A DNA stretch of 64,000 bases from Acidimicrobiales bacterium (GCA_965200005.1 OZ241331.1:543770-607769); one strand, 5' to 3'. Shown: positions 7,180 through 16,966, counted from the first letter of the stretch. Numbers and translations are program-made. Notes: generated by a model from the sequence alone, not told the origin.

Positions 7180-8436
7180 TCAATTAGCTGTCCAGAGGGA
7201 ATCGATTGGTTGGAGCCGCAACCGATCGCCAGCTGGCAGGTTTTGTTGGCCGGTGTGAAGTAGCAGCCCCTGTTTGAAGGTTCCGGGTGCGACGGTGTCA
7301 AGACGATCCCTGAACCAGCGCAGGCTTCGTAGCTGCTTGAGCGTAGGAGTGCTCGTGGCTTTGATCTCAATTGCGATTACGGCACCGCCAGGCTCCTCGA
7401 TGACCAGATCGACTTCATAGCCCTGCCGATCTCGATAGTGATAGAGGCGCTGGTGTCCCCCGGCTGAAGTGATCTGCCGGTGGATCTCGTTGACGGTGAA
7501 CGTCTCAATGAGCGAGCCCGCAGCGACAGAGGTGGGGGCTGTTAGCGATTTGGCGCTGAGTCCTAGTAGTCCTGCAGCCAGTCCGGTGTCGCAGATGTGG
7601 TTCTTGGGTCTACGGATTGTGCGAGAACTTAGGCTTCTCGACCAGACGGGCAGTCTTAGCACCAGGAACACGGTCTCCATCCACTCCATGTAGGACTGGA
7701 TGGTGTGGCTGGACACTTCAAACGTTGATGCGAGCGATGAGAGATTGAGTTCGGTGCCGGTGCGCGCGCTCAAGAGTCGCAACAAGCGGGGAAGTACGTC
7801 GTGGCGGCGCAAGCTAGACAGCGCGATGATGTCTCGCTGTATCACTGTCTCTGCGTAGCTCTCGAACCATCCCGTTCGCATCCGGGGGGCAAACCTGACC
7901 GGCTCGGGATAGCCACCGCGGCAGACGAGTTCCATGTATTCGTGTCTCTGTAAGTGCGTCGATTGTGGCGCGATTGCACTTGGCTGCAACCAAGGTGGCG
8001 GCGTTGTTGCGGGTCGTCCAGCTAGTTCAGCTTGCGACAACGGTGATAGGCGCAAGATTCGGGCACGCCCTGCAAGCGATTCGCTTAGCCGGGGAACCGT
8101 GAGGAAGTTCGTAGAGCCGGTCAGCAGGAACTTTCCGGGTTTGGGATCTTCGTCAACAATCTGCTTGACAGCGCGCACCTGGCTGTCGCCACCGAGTTGT
8201 ATTTCGTCGATAACGAGAGGGTGGCTTTGGTATTTGAGAAAGCTGGCTGGATCGGTCTGAGCTAACTGCCGGATTGCCGGGTCTTCAAACGTTGTGTAAC
8301 TGCCGCCCAATTCACGTGCGACAAGCCGCGCAAGGGTGGACTTTCCAACTTGTCGAGCGCCGTGCAAAACGACCACCCGAAACGCGCCGAGAGCGTCCGC
8401 TATCGGGCGGTGGAGGTGCCGGCTCACCAACTCCAT
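7180..8436 (-). CDS. AAA-family ATPase with DUF4143 (AAA_14/DUF4143 type)
   Basis: Walker A HGARQVGKSTL and Walker B LVIDEIQ, with the C-terminal region typical of DUF4143 proteins. Start set at internal ATG 8436 (MELVSRH) rather than 8541, which lies inside the tandem repeat. Confidence 0.8.
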   Translation of the reverse strand: MELVSRHLHRPIADALGAFRVVVLHGARQVGKSTLARLVARELGGSYTTFEDPAIRQLAQTDPASFLKYQSHPLVIDEIQLGGDSQVRAVKQIVDEDPKPGKFLLTGSTNFLTVPRLSESLAGRARILRLSPLSQAELAGRPATTPPPWLQPSAIAPQSTHLQRHEYMELVCRGGYPEPVRFAPRMRTGWFESYAETVIQRDIIALSSLRRHDVLPRLLRLLSARTGTELNLSSLASTFEVSSHTIQSYMEWMETVFLVLRLPVWSRSLSSRTIRRPKNHICDTGLAAGLLGLSAKSLTAPTSVAAGSLIETFTVNEIHRQITSAGGHQRLYHYRDRQGYEVDLVIEEPGGAVIAIEIKATSTPTLKQLRSLRWFRDRLDTVAPGTFKQGLLLHTGQQNLPAGDRLRLQPIDSLWTAN

Positions 8437-8457
8437 GACCTCGATGTTAGACGGAGT

Positions 8458-8560
8458 TGCAAATCCGCATGGGGTCGAACTACAAATCCGCATGGGGTCG
8501 AACTGCAAATCCGCATGGGGTCGAACTGCAAATCCGCACATCGACGAACTGCAAATCCGC
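8458..8560. repeat. Tandem direct repeat, 23-bp period, about 4.4 copies
   Basis: Copies start at 8461, 8484, 8507 and 8530, with a partial copy at 8553. Unit AAATCCGCATGGGGTCGAACTGC. Copies 1-3 are near-identical; copy 4 diverges centrally (CACATCGACG). Confidence 0.95.
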
Positions 8561-8610
8561 TTAGCTAGGTATTGCAGACTCCGTCTGCACTACTTGCTGG
8601 GCTTCTCAGA

Positions 8611-10878
8611 TCAAGGCTGGAGCTTGTTTCGTGTCGCGGTCAGCAGTGCCCACACTCGTTGCGGGGTAAGGGGCAGCTCCGTTGGCCAGACCCCGACTGC
8701 ATGCCCGACGGCTGAAGCAACAGCAGCGGGAACTGGGTTCAGTGTTCCTTCGCCTCCACCTTTGGCGCCGTACGGGCCAACCCCGTCGCGGCGCTCAGCG
8801 ACCACAGAAGTGATACGGCGAGGCTTGTCACGCAGTCGGGGCACCCTGTATTCGACCATGTTGGGATTGGTTAACTGCTCGCCGTCATAGATCAACTCTT
8901 CCCAGAGGGCGATGCCCAATCCTTGGGTCGCAGCACCAATGTCTTGACCCTTGAGCAACGCCGGGCTGATGGCATGACCGACATCACCAACGGTGACGAG
9001 ATATTCGATCGTTACCTCGCCGGTGGATGCGTTGACTGCAACCTCGACGCCGACCACGCCGATCTCCCAGAACGGTGGCAGCTCCCGGGTGGTGCCGTCA
9101 CGGCGCATGATGCCCACACCAACCAACTCTCCGGCATCAGCACCGAACCAATCACAGATCACTTGCGCTGGCGTGCGGGGTTGACCGCACACGTTGATCT
9201 GACCGTCTCGGATCGTCACCTGCGCCAGTTCGACCCCGGCACGCTCGGCTGCGGCGGCCCGCAACTTCTCCCAAAGATCCGCACAAGCTGCCTGCACCGA
9301 GAGCCCAACGATTGTTGTGGTGCGGCTTGCACCGGTAGTCCATTCAAAGGGCGTGAAGCGGGTGTCGCTCTGGCCAACCGCAACCGCCTCGGGAGGCATG
9401 CACATCTCTCGTGCGGCTATGGCCGCCAGGGTCGAGCGGCTGCCCTGGCCCATCTCAGTGCTGCTCACTAGCAGAGTGAGCGACCCATCTGAGTGCAGCC
9501 TCACTTGTGCGGTGGAGATCGGCGAAGCTCCGGCATCGCTGGCGGTCAGCGCCACGGCATGTCCTCGCAACACGCCAGGCTCTGGGGCTCGGGGCGGTGC
9601 CTCACTCAAGGCTTTGGCTACGGCTTGCAGATCTGCAGCTAGGTCTGCATCAAGTGGACGCTTGCCTTCGATGAGTGATTCGCCGGGGGCGACAAGGTTG
9701 CGGCGGCGCAACTCAACCGGGTCGATCCCGAGTCGGGCCGCCGCCATGTTCATGTTCAACTCTCCGGCGAGCGCTGCTTGAGGTGCGCCGAAGCCCCGGT
9801 ATGAGGATGCTGGCGAGGTGTTGGTGTAGACGGCCACGCCACGCACAGCCAGGTTGGGCACCCGGTAGGGGCCGAAGCTGCGGTTGATGCTCTTGGTGAG
9901 AACTAGCGGGCTGTTGTCGGCGTACGCACCGGTGTCGAAGCAGATGTCGATGTCACGAGCGACGATTCGGGCGTTGCTGTCAAATCCTGTTCGCACGCTG
10001 ACGATCGCACTGTCGGCTCGGGTGGTGTACATGGCGGCTTCGACGTCAGTGGTGACTTTCACTGGACGCCCCGTCGCCCAGGAGGCCACGGCGGCAAGAG
10101 GCTCAAGCTTGGTGTAGGACTTCGAGCCGTAGCCCCCGCCGATGTAGGGCACCTCGACTCGCACTTTGGCAAGCGGCAGCGAGAAGATCCGGGCAAGTTC
10201 TTTGCGCACCATGAGCGGATGCTGTGCCGTCGAGACAACGTGAAGACCGTCTGGCCGCCAGTCAGCTACCGAGTTGTAGGTCTCCATGGCGTAGCCGTAA
10301 ACGAGCGGGAATCTGGCTGTCGTCTCCACAACAGTTGCTGCGCTTGCGAGGGCTGCAGTCGCGTCCCCACGACGCAGTTCACCTCGATGGGCCACATTGT
10401 CTGCAGATGCTGAGGGTGCGACGTCGAGGAAGCCTTTGCCTGACTTAACGTAGAATTGATCGTGAATCAAAACGTCTGACTCAAGCGCTGCAGTTGCATC
10501 TGTGAGAGTTGGAAGTTCGTCGTAGTCGATCCAGATCAGAGCGGCTGCGTCTTCGGCCTGATGTGGTGTCTCGGCGACGACCACCGCTACAGGCTCGCCG
10601 AAGTAACGCACTTTGTCGATTGCGAGGATCGGATGGTCGGGGACGATGTGACCGAACCGGCGACGCAGTCCGCCCAAATCGTCGCTTGTAAGTATCGCGA
10701 TCACTCCTGGTGCGTTGCTGGCTTCGTCAGTGTCGATACCGGTGATGAGTGCGTGTGCTCGTTCGGAGCGCACGACGGCACTGTGAGCCATGTTTGGCAT
10801 CGTCGTGTCAATTGCGAACCGGGCGCGACCTGTGACCTTGTCCCATGCGTCCAGCCGGGGGCGCTGTGCCTTAGTCAC
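8611..10878 (-). CDS. Xanthine dehydrogenase/aldehyde oxidase family molybdopterin-binding large subunit (CoxL-like)
   Basis: 755 aa. N-terminal DKVTGRARFAIDT motif, consistent length, and an operon with 2Fe-2S and FAD subunits. Confidence 0.9.
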   Translation of the reverse strand: MTKAQRPRLDAWDKVTGRARFAIDTTMPNMAHSAVVRSERAHALITGIDTDEASNAPGVIAILTSDDLGGLRRRFGHIVPDHPILAIDKVRYFGEPVAVVVAETPHQAEDAAALIWIDYDELPTLTDATAALESDVLIHDQFYVKSGKGFLDVAPSASADNVAHRGELRRGDATAALASAATVVETTARFPLVYGYAMETYNSVADWRPDGLHVVSTAQHPLMVRKELARIFSLPLAKVRVEVPYIGGGYGSKSYTKLEPLAAVASWATGRPVKVTTDVEAAMYTTRADSAIVSVRTGFDSNARIVARDIDICFDTGAYADNSPLVLTKSINRSFGPYRVPNLAVRGVAVYTNTSPASSYRGFGAPQAALAGELNMNMAAARLGIDPVELRRRNLVAPGESLIEGKRPLDADLAADLQAVAKALSEAPPRAPEPGVLRGHAVALTASDAGASPISTAQVRLHSDGSLTLLVSSTEMGQGSRSTLAAIAAREMCMPPEAVAVGQSDTRFTPFEWTTGASRTTTIVGLSVQAACADLWEKLRAAAAERAGVELAQVTIRDGQINVCGQPRTPAQVICDWFGADAGELVGVGIMRRDGTTRELPPFWEIGVVGVEVAVNASTGEVTIEYLVTVGDVGHAISPALLKGQDIGAATQGLGIALWEELIYDGEQLTNPNMVEYRVPRLRDKPRRITSVVAERRDGVGPYGAKGGGEGTLNPVPAAVASAVGHAVGVWPTELPLTPQRVWALLTATRNKLQP

Positions 10879-10914
10879 GAAACTCTCGCATCCAACCTTC
10901 GTGCGGTGCTCGCT

Positions 10915-11403
10915 TCATGTTGCGGACACGTTGCGTGCCACGAGCATGACGGCCTGCTCAATTGGTTCATAACCCGTGCAACGACACAAGTTGCCGTCCA
11001 TCCACTCGGTCACCTGTTCGAGTTCTGGGCTGGGGTTTGCTTGCAGCAGTGCAACGGCCATCATGATGAAACCCGGGGTGCAATAGCCGCATTGCAAGGC
11101 GTTAGTGGCCATAAAGGCGTCTTGCACTGGATGCAGTTCGCGGCTTTTGGCAAGTCCCTCAATGGTTAGGACATCAGTGCCATCGAGATCACAGGCAAGC
11201 GTCGCACAAGAGCTAATGGGCTTGCCGTCGACGAGAACGGTGCAGGCACCGCAGACCTGCATTTCACAACTGACTTTGGTGCCGGTCAGGTTCAGGTGAC
11301 TACGAATGAATTCGGCAACTGTGAGCCGAATAGGCACGAGTGTTTCAATGTGGTGACCGTTGACCCTGAGTCGCAGCCACATCGAACGCTGAGGCTCTGT
11401 CAT
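10915..11403 (-). CDS. (2Fe-2S)-binding small subunit of a molybdenum hydroxylase (CoxS-like)
   Basis: Motifs CEMQVCGACTVLVDG, QCGYCTPGF and CRCTGY. Start moved to ATG 11403 (MTEPQRS). Confidence 0.9.
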   Translation of the reverse strand: MTEPQRSMWLRLRVNGHHIETLVPIRLTVAEFIRSHLNLTGTKVSCEMQVCGACTVLVDGKPISSCATLACDLDGTDVLTIEGLAKSRELHPVQDAFMATNALQCGYCTPGFIMMAVALLQANPSPELEQVTEWMDGNLCRCTGYEPIEQAVMLVARNVSAT

Positions 11404-11514
11404 AGCGTCATCATGTTGAAGAGGGTGCAAGAACGTCCGAAAATCAGCTTTTGGTGTGTGCTAGTGTGACTTATCGGTGTATTCGATTGATTTTGTTGTC
11501 TCACCTCGACGTTG

Positions 11515-12303
11515 TCACAGTTCGATTTGCAGCTTGTTACTGAGATAGTTGCGGAGCACCCAGCGCTTGTAATCAGGAGAGCCGCAGATGTCGTCACTCA
11601 GTTCGAGTTGTTCGACAAATGCGCTCAAGCTCGCCGTATCTGACGCTTCAAAGATCTGGCGGACGGGACGCTCGGTTGCCGCTCCAACTGTGACTTCCCT
11701 GGTTGTTGTCGTCACCCGCAGGGCAACTCCCAGGGTTGGACGCTCGTAACTTTGCAGTTTCCAGTAGGAGAACCCATGCGGTTCGAATCCGACCTGAATC
11801 TCGGTCAGTATTTCATCTTCGGCGAGAGTCGTCTCGAAGGCTCCCAGAATGAAGTCATCCACGGTGACAGTTCGAGCACCGCTTGACGAGGCAAGGTTCA
11901 CTGTCGCATTCAAAGCCACGAGCACACAGCCCAGATCAGAACGCGGCTCAGCGAAACAGAGGTTCCCGCCGATAGTCCCCGAGGCTCGAACACGAGCGTT
12001 GCCTACCCGAGAAGCCACCTTTGCCAGGGTCGGCACATGTTCCCGGACACGTTCATCATCAGCGATCCGCTGATGCGTTACGGCCGCTCCAATCGACAGA
12101 GTTCTTGCTGTGTAGTCGATATCAATTTGGTTGAGCGAGTCAACGCGTTTGAGATCAACGATGGCGGCCGGAGCACGTAACCCCAGCGCCATCGCAGGCA
12201 CTAACTCAGTACCACCCGCGTAGGGAACATGGTCGAAGTCGACAGCCGAGAAGACCACGTCGAGATCATCACTACGGATCAGTCCGACCTCGGGCAACAC
12301 CAC
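11515..12303 (-). CDS. FAD-binding subunit of a molybdenum hydroxylase (CoxM-like)
   Basis: 262 aa. AGGTELV and GTIGGNLC motifs of the FAD_binding_5/CO dehydrogenase flavoprotein family. Confidence 0.85.
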   Translation of the reverse strand: MVLPEVGLIRSDDLDVVFSAVDFDHVPYAGGTELVPAMALGLRAPAAIVDLKRVDSLNQIDIDYTARTLSIGAAVTHQRIADDERVREHVPTLAKVASRVGNARVRASGTIGGNLCFAEPRSDLGCVLVALNATVNLASSSGARTVTVDDFILGAFETTLAEDEILTEIQVGFEPHGFSYWKLQSYERPTLGVALRVTTTTREVTVGAATERPVRQIFEASDTASLSAFVEQLELSDDICGSPDYKRWVLRNYLSNKLQIEL

Positions 12304-12371
12304 AGCAACAGTGTCTCAGCGCCCAACCCAAACCTCACAATCGCGACGGTGATCACGATCTTGGCTCGCGT

Positions 12372-13364
12372 CTAGTAGTAGTCAAGCTCGCGGATCAGTT
12401 CGACTGTCTCCTCGAAGTCTGGGAGTTTCGAGTTGGTAGGGACGAGACCCTCCAGTCTGTGGACATAAGCGTCGCGGAGTGCCTCGTACGCCAGAGTGCC
12501 AGGTTCAAACGCAGGAGAGTGACCGTAACCGTTCTCTGGACGCGGAGCTTTGTGTCCAAACCCAACAGTCATTGCGCCGACGAGATCAGGTACTCGCCGA
12601 CGAGTCTCCTTTGCGTGGTGACTTCTGGCAATACAGGCAAGATCCAAGACATCACGAATCCGAGCCCTAAGCGCCCTCAAGTTGCCGCCCTCGGCTCGCC
12701 GGTGAAGCGCATCAAGCTTGTTCACTGCAGTGAAAGGCACGACAACGACGGGCAACTCAAAGCCTCCAATCTCGGGGTATTCGGACTCTAAGTCAGGCAA
12801 AGCGCGGCCGATGATTGAGTGGATCACTCGCCGATCCGTAAGTGTCTCCGCGGGGTCGGGCGAGTGAATGGCTGAGTCCACGTTAAGAGTGGACCCATCC
12901 GGTGCCGTGAGGGCAGTGATCTGAATAGAACCTGCTCCGCCACTCCTCCGGGTTGCGCCGATCTCTTCAGACGCCCAGCTTGTGACCAGTCGACGAACGA
13001 CTCTCAGCGCGTTCTTAGAGACTGTGTTGTGGGCACGAAACAAGTTGCTATCTAAGTCTTCGCTGAACCGCTCCACGACCTGCCATGCAGCAGAGAGCGA
13101 GGTTCCTCCAGCGAACGCCCATCGGGCAACCTTTGGCATCTCCCGTCGTGTCAGGCCCTTGGCGACGGCTTTGCGATCAGGTGTTTGCCCCAGCCAGCCG
13201 TCCGAGGGCAAGTGCTTAGAGACTCCGTATAAACAACACGAGATCCAGTGGTCATGCATGATCTGATCAGGTGCATAGCCCGAGACTCGGACTGCTTCGT
13301 CAAGCACATCCCTAAGGTCGTGCGACTCCCGGAGAGGTGAGGAGTCTGGTCGGGATACTCGCAT
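12372..13364 (-). CDS. AbiEii/AbiGii-family nucleotidyltransferase toxin (type IV TA)
   Basis: FAGGTSLSAAWQVVERFSEDLDSNLF matches the AbiEii GG[TS]...R.SEDLD signature. The start overlaps the upstream gene stop by 1 nt (TGATG). Confidence 0.8.
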   Translation of the reverse strand: MRVSRPDSSPLRESHDLRDVLDEAVRVSGYAPDQIMHDHWISCCLYGVSKHLPSDGWLGQTPDRKAVAKGLTRREMPKVARWAFAGGTSLSAAWQVVERFSEDLDSNLFRAHNTVSKNALRVVRRLVTSWASEEIGATRRSGGAGSIQITALTAPDGSTLNVDSAIHSPDPAETLTDRRVIHSIIGRALPDLESEYPEIGGFELPVVVVPFTAVNKLDALHRRAEGGNLRALRARIRDVLDLACIARSHHAKETRRRVPDLVGAMTVGFGHKAPRPENGYGHSPAFEPGTLAYEALRDAYVHRLEGLVPTNSKLPDFEETVELIRELDYY

Positions 13365-14101
13365 CAGAAGCCAGCCGCGCGTAACGCGCCTGCCATCTCC
13401 CGTAGCCGGACGGCAAATGGCGGGTCATCAGGATCTCTCGGCCAACCCATGCTCTCGAGTCGCCCTTCAAAGGCCGTGGGTTGTTCAAATGGGATGGCGG
13501 CTTCGAACGCATCCGCTCGCAGCGTAAGGGTGCGAGGTAGACGGAACCACGCCTCATGCGAGTAAACCGACCACAAGACGTACTCCCAAGGATAGTCGTC
13601 GTTCGGTTCCCACCACCGCACTGCCTCCAGAAGACTCACTTCTCCCCATGTCAAACCTCGGCGGTGCCGATTCGCCGCTGAGAACTCCCACTCAATATTC
13701 ATGATTGAGATCTTCGGAGGTTTTGGCTTAAGGGTTGCGACCTGGCGAATGCACGGCGATTGGGTAGTCCAACCGAACTTGTTGAGGGCGATCCAGCCCG
13801 CTAACCCACCGCCATCACCAGCGGCCCAACACAAAGCTCGCAACCACTGCTTCGTGGGTGACGACTCGATGATGCCACTAGGTTTAGGGACAACTCGCTT
13901 CCAGTAGAGCCCGCGCGAGATGTGCTCAAGCATCGGCTCGTAGCCCTTGGAGAGTCGGTACAGGACCTGGTTGCGGAGGGCAGGCTCTCCGGGAGCGTCT
14001 TTCGACCAGAACAGGGTGTCGGGCGGCAACTCGTACACCCACTGTCGTGTTTCTCTAATAGCCGTCATAGCACGGACTATAGCTATTTTCGACTGAACCA
14101 C
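13364..14101 (-). CDS. AbiEi-like antitoxin/transcriptional regulator
   Basis: LYRLSKGYEPMLEHISRGLYWK (wHTH-like) and GWIALNKFGWTTQSP patterns. Positioned immediately upstream of AbiEii. Confidence 0.6.
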   Translation of the reverse strand: MVQSKIAIVRAMTAIRETRQWVYELPPDTLFWSKDAPGEPALRNQVLYRLSKGYEPMLEHISRGLYWKRVVPKPSGIIESSPTKQWLRALCWAAGDGGGLAGWIALNKFGWTTQSPCIRQVATLKPKPPKISIMNIEWEFSAANRHRRGLTWGEVSLLEAVRWWEPNDDYPWEYVLWSVYSHEAWFRLPRTLTLRADAFEAAIPFEQPTAFEGRLESMGWPRDPDDPPFAVRLREMAGALRAAGF

Positions 14102-14189
14102 AACGGCGCGCTAGGCGGCCGATGTGCATTCCCGTTCGCCTAGAGCCTCGGCACTATTGTCTTACGTTTAGAGCGACTGGGGATTGGGA

Positions 14190-15251
14190 ATGCCGTTACT
14201 TGACACGCTGAAGAACATCCGCTCAGCGCCGGTACCCACCAACGAAGAGAACGCCAAGTTCAAGATCATCTCGCCGATACTTCACCAACTCGGGTGGGAT
14301 CCTTACGGACCCGACGTCATCTTCGAACACAATGTCGGCACGAAGAGAGATGGTGGACGCGTTGACATTGCCCTGAAGGGGTCAAAGCAGCTAGTTGCCT
14401 TGATTGAAGCAAAGGCCCCCAGCGCGGATTTGGACGCGCATGTCGGGCAAGTACTCGGTTACGCCTTCCATGAAGGTGTCCATCTGTGCGTCCTCACCAC
14501 CGGCGTGGAATGGTGGCTATATCTGCCGCGTGAGGGCGGCCAGCCCGAAGACAGGCGGTTCACAGTTCTTCACGTCCTGAGTGATCCGATTGAACAACTC
14601 GCAGAAGACCTGCAAACGTTCCTGAGCAATCAGACTCTAGAGGACGGCACTGCGTTGGACCAGGCCAAGCGGGTGCTCAAGGCTCAGCAAGACGCTACCC
14701 TGCTGAGCGAGAAAATCCCGCACATTTGGCGCCGGATGCTAGATGAAGCCGACGACGAACTCGTTGAAGTAGTTGGTCACAGGATCTATCGGGAAGTCAA
14801 TTTGCGGCCTTCCAAAGAACAAGTCATCGCAGCACTAAGAGGTCAACCCGTCGCGCCGGAGCCACCGGAACCCGAGCCCGGCAGCAACAGTGGGGAGACT
14901 CCGGCACCAAACGGAGAATCTCCGACGCCGAACCCACCAGTCGGCACTAAGCCCACAGCAATGGTGCTGTTTGGGACGCGCTACCCCATCAACACCCATA
15001 GGGAAGGCCTGATCAGGCTCAGCAAGGTACTATACGAGCGAGATCCCGTGGCATTTGGCCGGCTGTCAGCGATAAGAGGGAAGAAGATCGCTTACGTTGC
15101 ATCCAATAGCAAAGGTATGCGCGCGCCTCGTCAAATAGGTACGTACTACATTGAGGCTCATGCCTCTGCTAAGCAAATTTGGAGTCGGGCACGGCGTTTC
15201 CTCAAACACTTGGGATACAGCGATTCCGTACTTGAGGTTAAGTACGACTAG
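14190..15251 (+). CDS. HsdR_N-like (type I restriction enzyme R N-terminal, PD-(D/E)xK fold) domain protein with a Pro-rich linker and unknown C-terminal domain
   Basis: NEENAKFKIISPILHQLGWD...GRVDIAL...LIEAKAP...VLTTGVEWWLY fits the HsdR_N pattern. ATG 14190 preferred over TTG 14184. Confidence 0.6.
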   Translation: MPLLDTLKNIRSAPVPTNEENAKFKIISPILHQLGWDPYGPDVIFEHNVGTKRDGGRVDIALKGSKQLVALIEAKAPSADLDAHVGQVLGYAFHEGVHLCVLTTGVEWWLYLPREGGQPEDRRFTVLHVLSDPIEQLAEDLQTFLSNQTLEDGTALDQAKRVLKAQQDATLLSEKIPHIWRRMLDEADDELVEVVGHRIYREVNLRPSKEQVIAALRGQPVAPEPPEPEPGSNSGETPAPNGESPTPNPPVGTKPTAMVLFGTRYPINTHREGLIRLSKVLYERDPVAFGRLSAIRGKKIAYVASNSKGMRAPRQIGTYYIEAHASAKQIWSRARRFLKHLGYSDSVLEVKYD

Positions 15252-15331
15252 ACTGTAATGCTTTATGACTGGGTGCGGGAGGCCACATCGCGTCTCTCAC
15301 ACTAAGTGCTACCTCGGGCCTGTTGGAGGAG

Positions 15332-15817
15332 TTATATCACTGCACTGAGGGCGGATTGGGCGTTGGTGCAGAATTCGTTTATGACCTTTGTGGCTTTTGA
15401 GCGGATTACTCCGGCGCCGAGGGTTGCTACTCGACCCGTTATCTCGAAGGTTCCACTTAGACGAACTCGGGTTTGATCCGGCCCTACATCGCTCAATTGC
15501 GCTACCGCATCGATCTTGATGCGCGATCGCATACGGCGATCTTCTCCACGGGCTCGGATCGATACTTCTTCGAGTTCGGCAACACTCGCCACGTCGATTC
15601 TTAAGTCGGCACGCATCACAAACGGTCCGACGCGATCCTCAAAGACACCAACAAAGCTCGCTCCCGCAATACCAGTTCCCCGGGTCGCCGGGGATGACTG
15701 TTGCACCGAACGAAGCAACGGAAGCCAAGACACCACTGTTTCGACATTCATTAGCTGTAGCCACACCTGCAAGCGTTGTGAAGGTACGACGAATTGACGT
15801 TCTATTGATTCACGCAT
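15332..15817 (-). CDS. SRPBCC/CoxG-family protein
   Basis: 161 aa. C-terminal GRVATLGAGVIRSKATKVINEFCTN resembles carbon monoxide dehydrogenase subunit G family proteins. Confidence 0.65.
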   Translation of the reverse strand: MRESIERQFVVPSQRLQVWLQLMNVETVVSWLPLLRSVQQSSPATRGTGIAGASFVGVFEDRVGPFVMRADLRIDVASVAELEEVSIRARGEDRRMRSRIKIDAVAQLSDVGPDQTRVRLSGTFEITGRVATLGAGVIRSKATKVINEFCTNAQSALSAVI

Positions 15818-15907
15818 TGAACTACCTGTCCTTCACTCACGCAACATCCGCTCGGCACCTGACACGCATTTCGAAGACACATCCGAAACTCAAGGGCGGC
15901 TAACGGA

Positions 15908-16966
15908 TCACTTGCTGCGGAGGGCTGGGAGGACTTCACGGCCGAGTAACTCGATTGATGCGAACCAGCGATCGAAGTTCATTCGCAAGTCGAATACCAG
16001 ATGCTCGACACCCACCTCTGCAAAGCGATGCACCTGGTTGACAACCTCTTCTGGCGTACCGGCAATGAGCGAACCCTCGATGTCTTCCGCGGTTGCGAAA
16101 CGACCAGACGGAGGCTTCGCCCACCACTTGCCGCGCTTGTTGGCCCAGGCAAGCAGACCATCCAGATTGACACCCTCTAACGCAAGATCATGAGTAGCAG
16201 CAATCGAGGTGGGAGGGATCACTGCGATCGTTGGCATTGGTCGACCATTTGCAGCAGTCAGCTTCTGCATCGTGGCAACCCGCTCGGCAATCGTCAACAA
16301 GGTTGTGCGCCCCGGCATCCAACCATCCGCGTAAGCCGCAGCGAGGCGAGCCGAGCGTGGTGTGGCTCCGCAATACCAGAACGGCACAGGTGCAGAAGCC
16401 TTGGGTTCAATCGAGATGTTCTCGAAGGAGTAAATGTCGTCACGGTAGGTGACGCCATCGCTGCCAAGCAACCGTCGCAAAATCTCGGCATTTGATCGAA
16501 CCAAGCTCACCCGGTCAATGCCAGACATATCCACCACATCAAACTCATGATCGAACGTGCCGGCCCCGAAGCCAAGAATCACACGATCACCGACCAGGTT
16601 GCACAAAGTCCCGATGCTGATTGCTAGATGCACCGGATGGCGGTATGGAATCAGAGACCCTGTCCCGAGCGTGATCCGTTCGGTAACGGTTCCAATCGCT
16701 GTGAGTGTCGTGAGAGCCTCGTAGAAGGTGATGTTGGCGGCTTCCATCTCGGCGTGAGGCTCGAACACGAGATGGTCTCGCACCCACAACGAATCGAATC
16801 CAAAGCTCTCGGCAAGCACAGCCCCATCAAGCAGAGCCCGCCGGCTCGCATGGGCACCGAAGTGCGGCATCAACAGACCGAACTTCATTTGGGAAGTATC
16901 AGCTGCTCCCCGGCCTGAGCGGGCCGCGTTTGATGCTGCGCCACCACCGCCGTTGGCATCAGTCAT
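15908..16966 (-). CDS. LLM-class flavin/F420-dependent oxidoreductase
   Basis: MKFGLLMPHFG...FDSLWVRDH luciferase-like pattern. The true start may be the internal ATG at 16888. Confidence 0.85.
   Translation of the reverse strand: MTDANGGGGAASNAARSGRGAADTSQMKFGLLMPHFGAHASRRALLDGAVLAESFGFDSLWVRDHLVFEPHAEMEAANITFYEALTTLTAIGTVTERITLGTGSLIPYRHPVHLAISIGTLCNLVGDRVILGFGAGTFDHEFDVVDMSGIDRVSLVRSNAEILRRLLGSDGVTYRDDIYSFENISIEPKASAPVPFWYCGATPRSARLAAAYADGWMPGRTTLLTIAERVATMQKLTAANGRPMPTIAVIPPTSIAATHDLALEGVNLDGLLAWANKRGKWWAKPPSGRFATAEDIEGSLIAGTPEEVVNQVHRFAEVGVEHLVFDLRMNFDRWFASIELLGREVLPALRSK

Noticed and set aside
8437-8541. N-terminal extension of the DUF4143 ATPase ORF as given in the ORF track (start 8541)
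   Set aside because: The extension is translated entirely from the 23-bp repeats (MCGFAVRPHADLQFDPMRICS...). The internal ATG 8436 gives the family-typical N-terminus just before the Walker A.
8458-8560. Possible CRISPR array, or a tRNA-derived att site (the unit contains GTTCGA on the minus strand, reminiscent of a T-loop)
   Set aside because: The copies are directly head-to-tail with no spacers, so this is not CRISPR. No complementary T-stem, acceptor stem or CCA context can be drawn, so it is not a tRNA or tRNA fragment.
8923-11169. Plus-strand ORFs overlapping the molybdenum hydroxylase genes. Similar shadow ORFs occur elsewhere, e.g. 20438-20917(-), 21406-21924(-), 28701-29222(-), 32545-33405(-), 51635-52192(-), 57567-58085(-)
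   Set aside because: These are antisense shadow ORFs typical of high-GC DNA. The opposite strand carries genes with clear family motifs, and these translations are Arg/Pro/Ala-rich without motifs.
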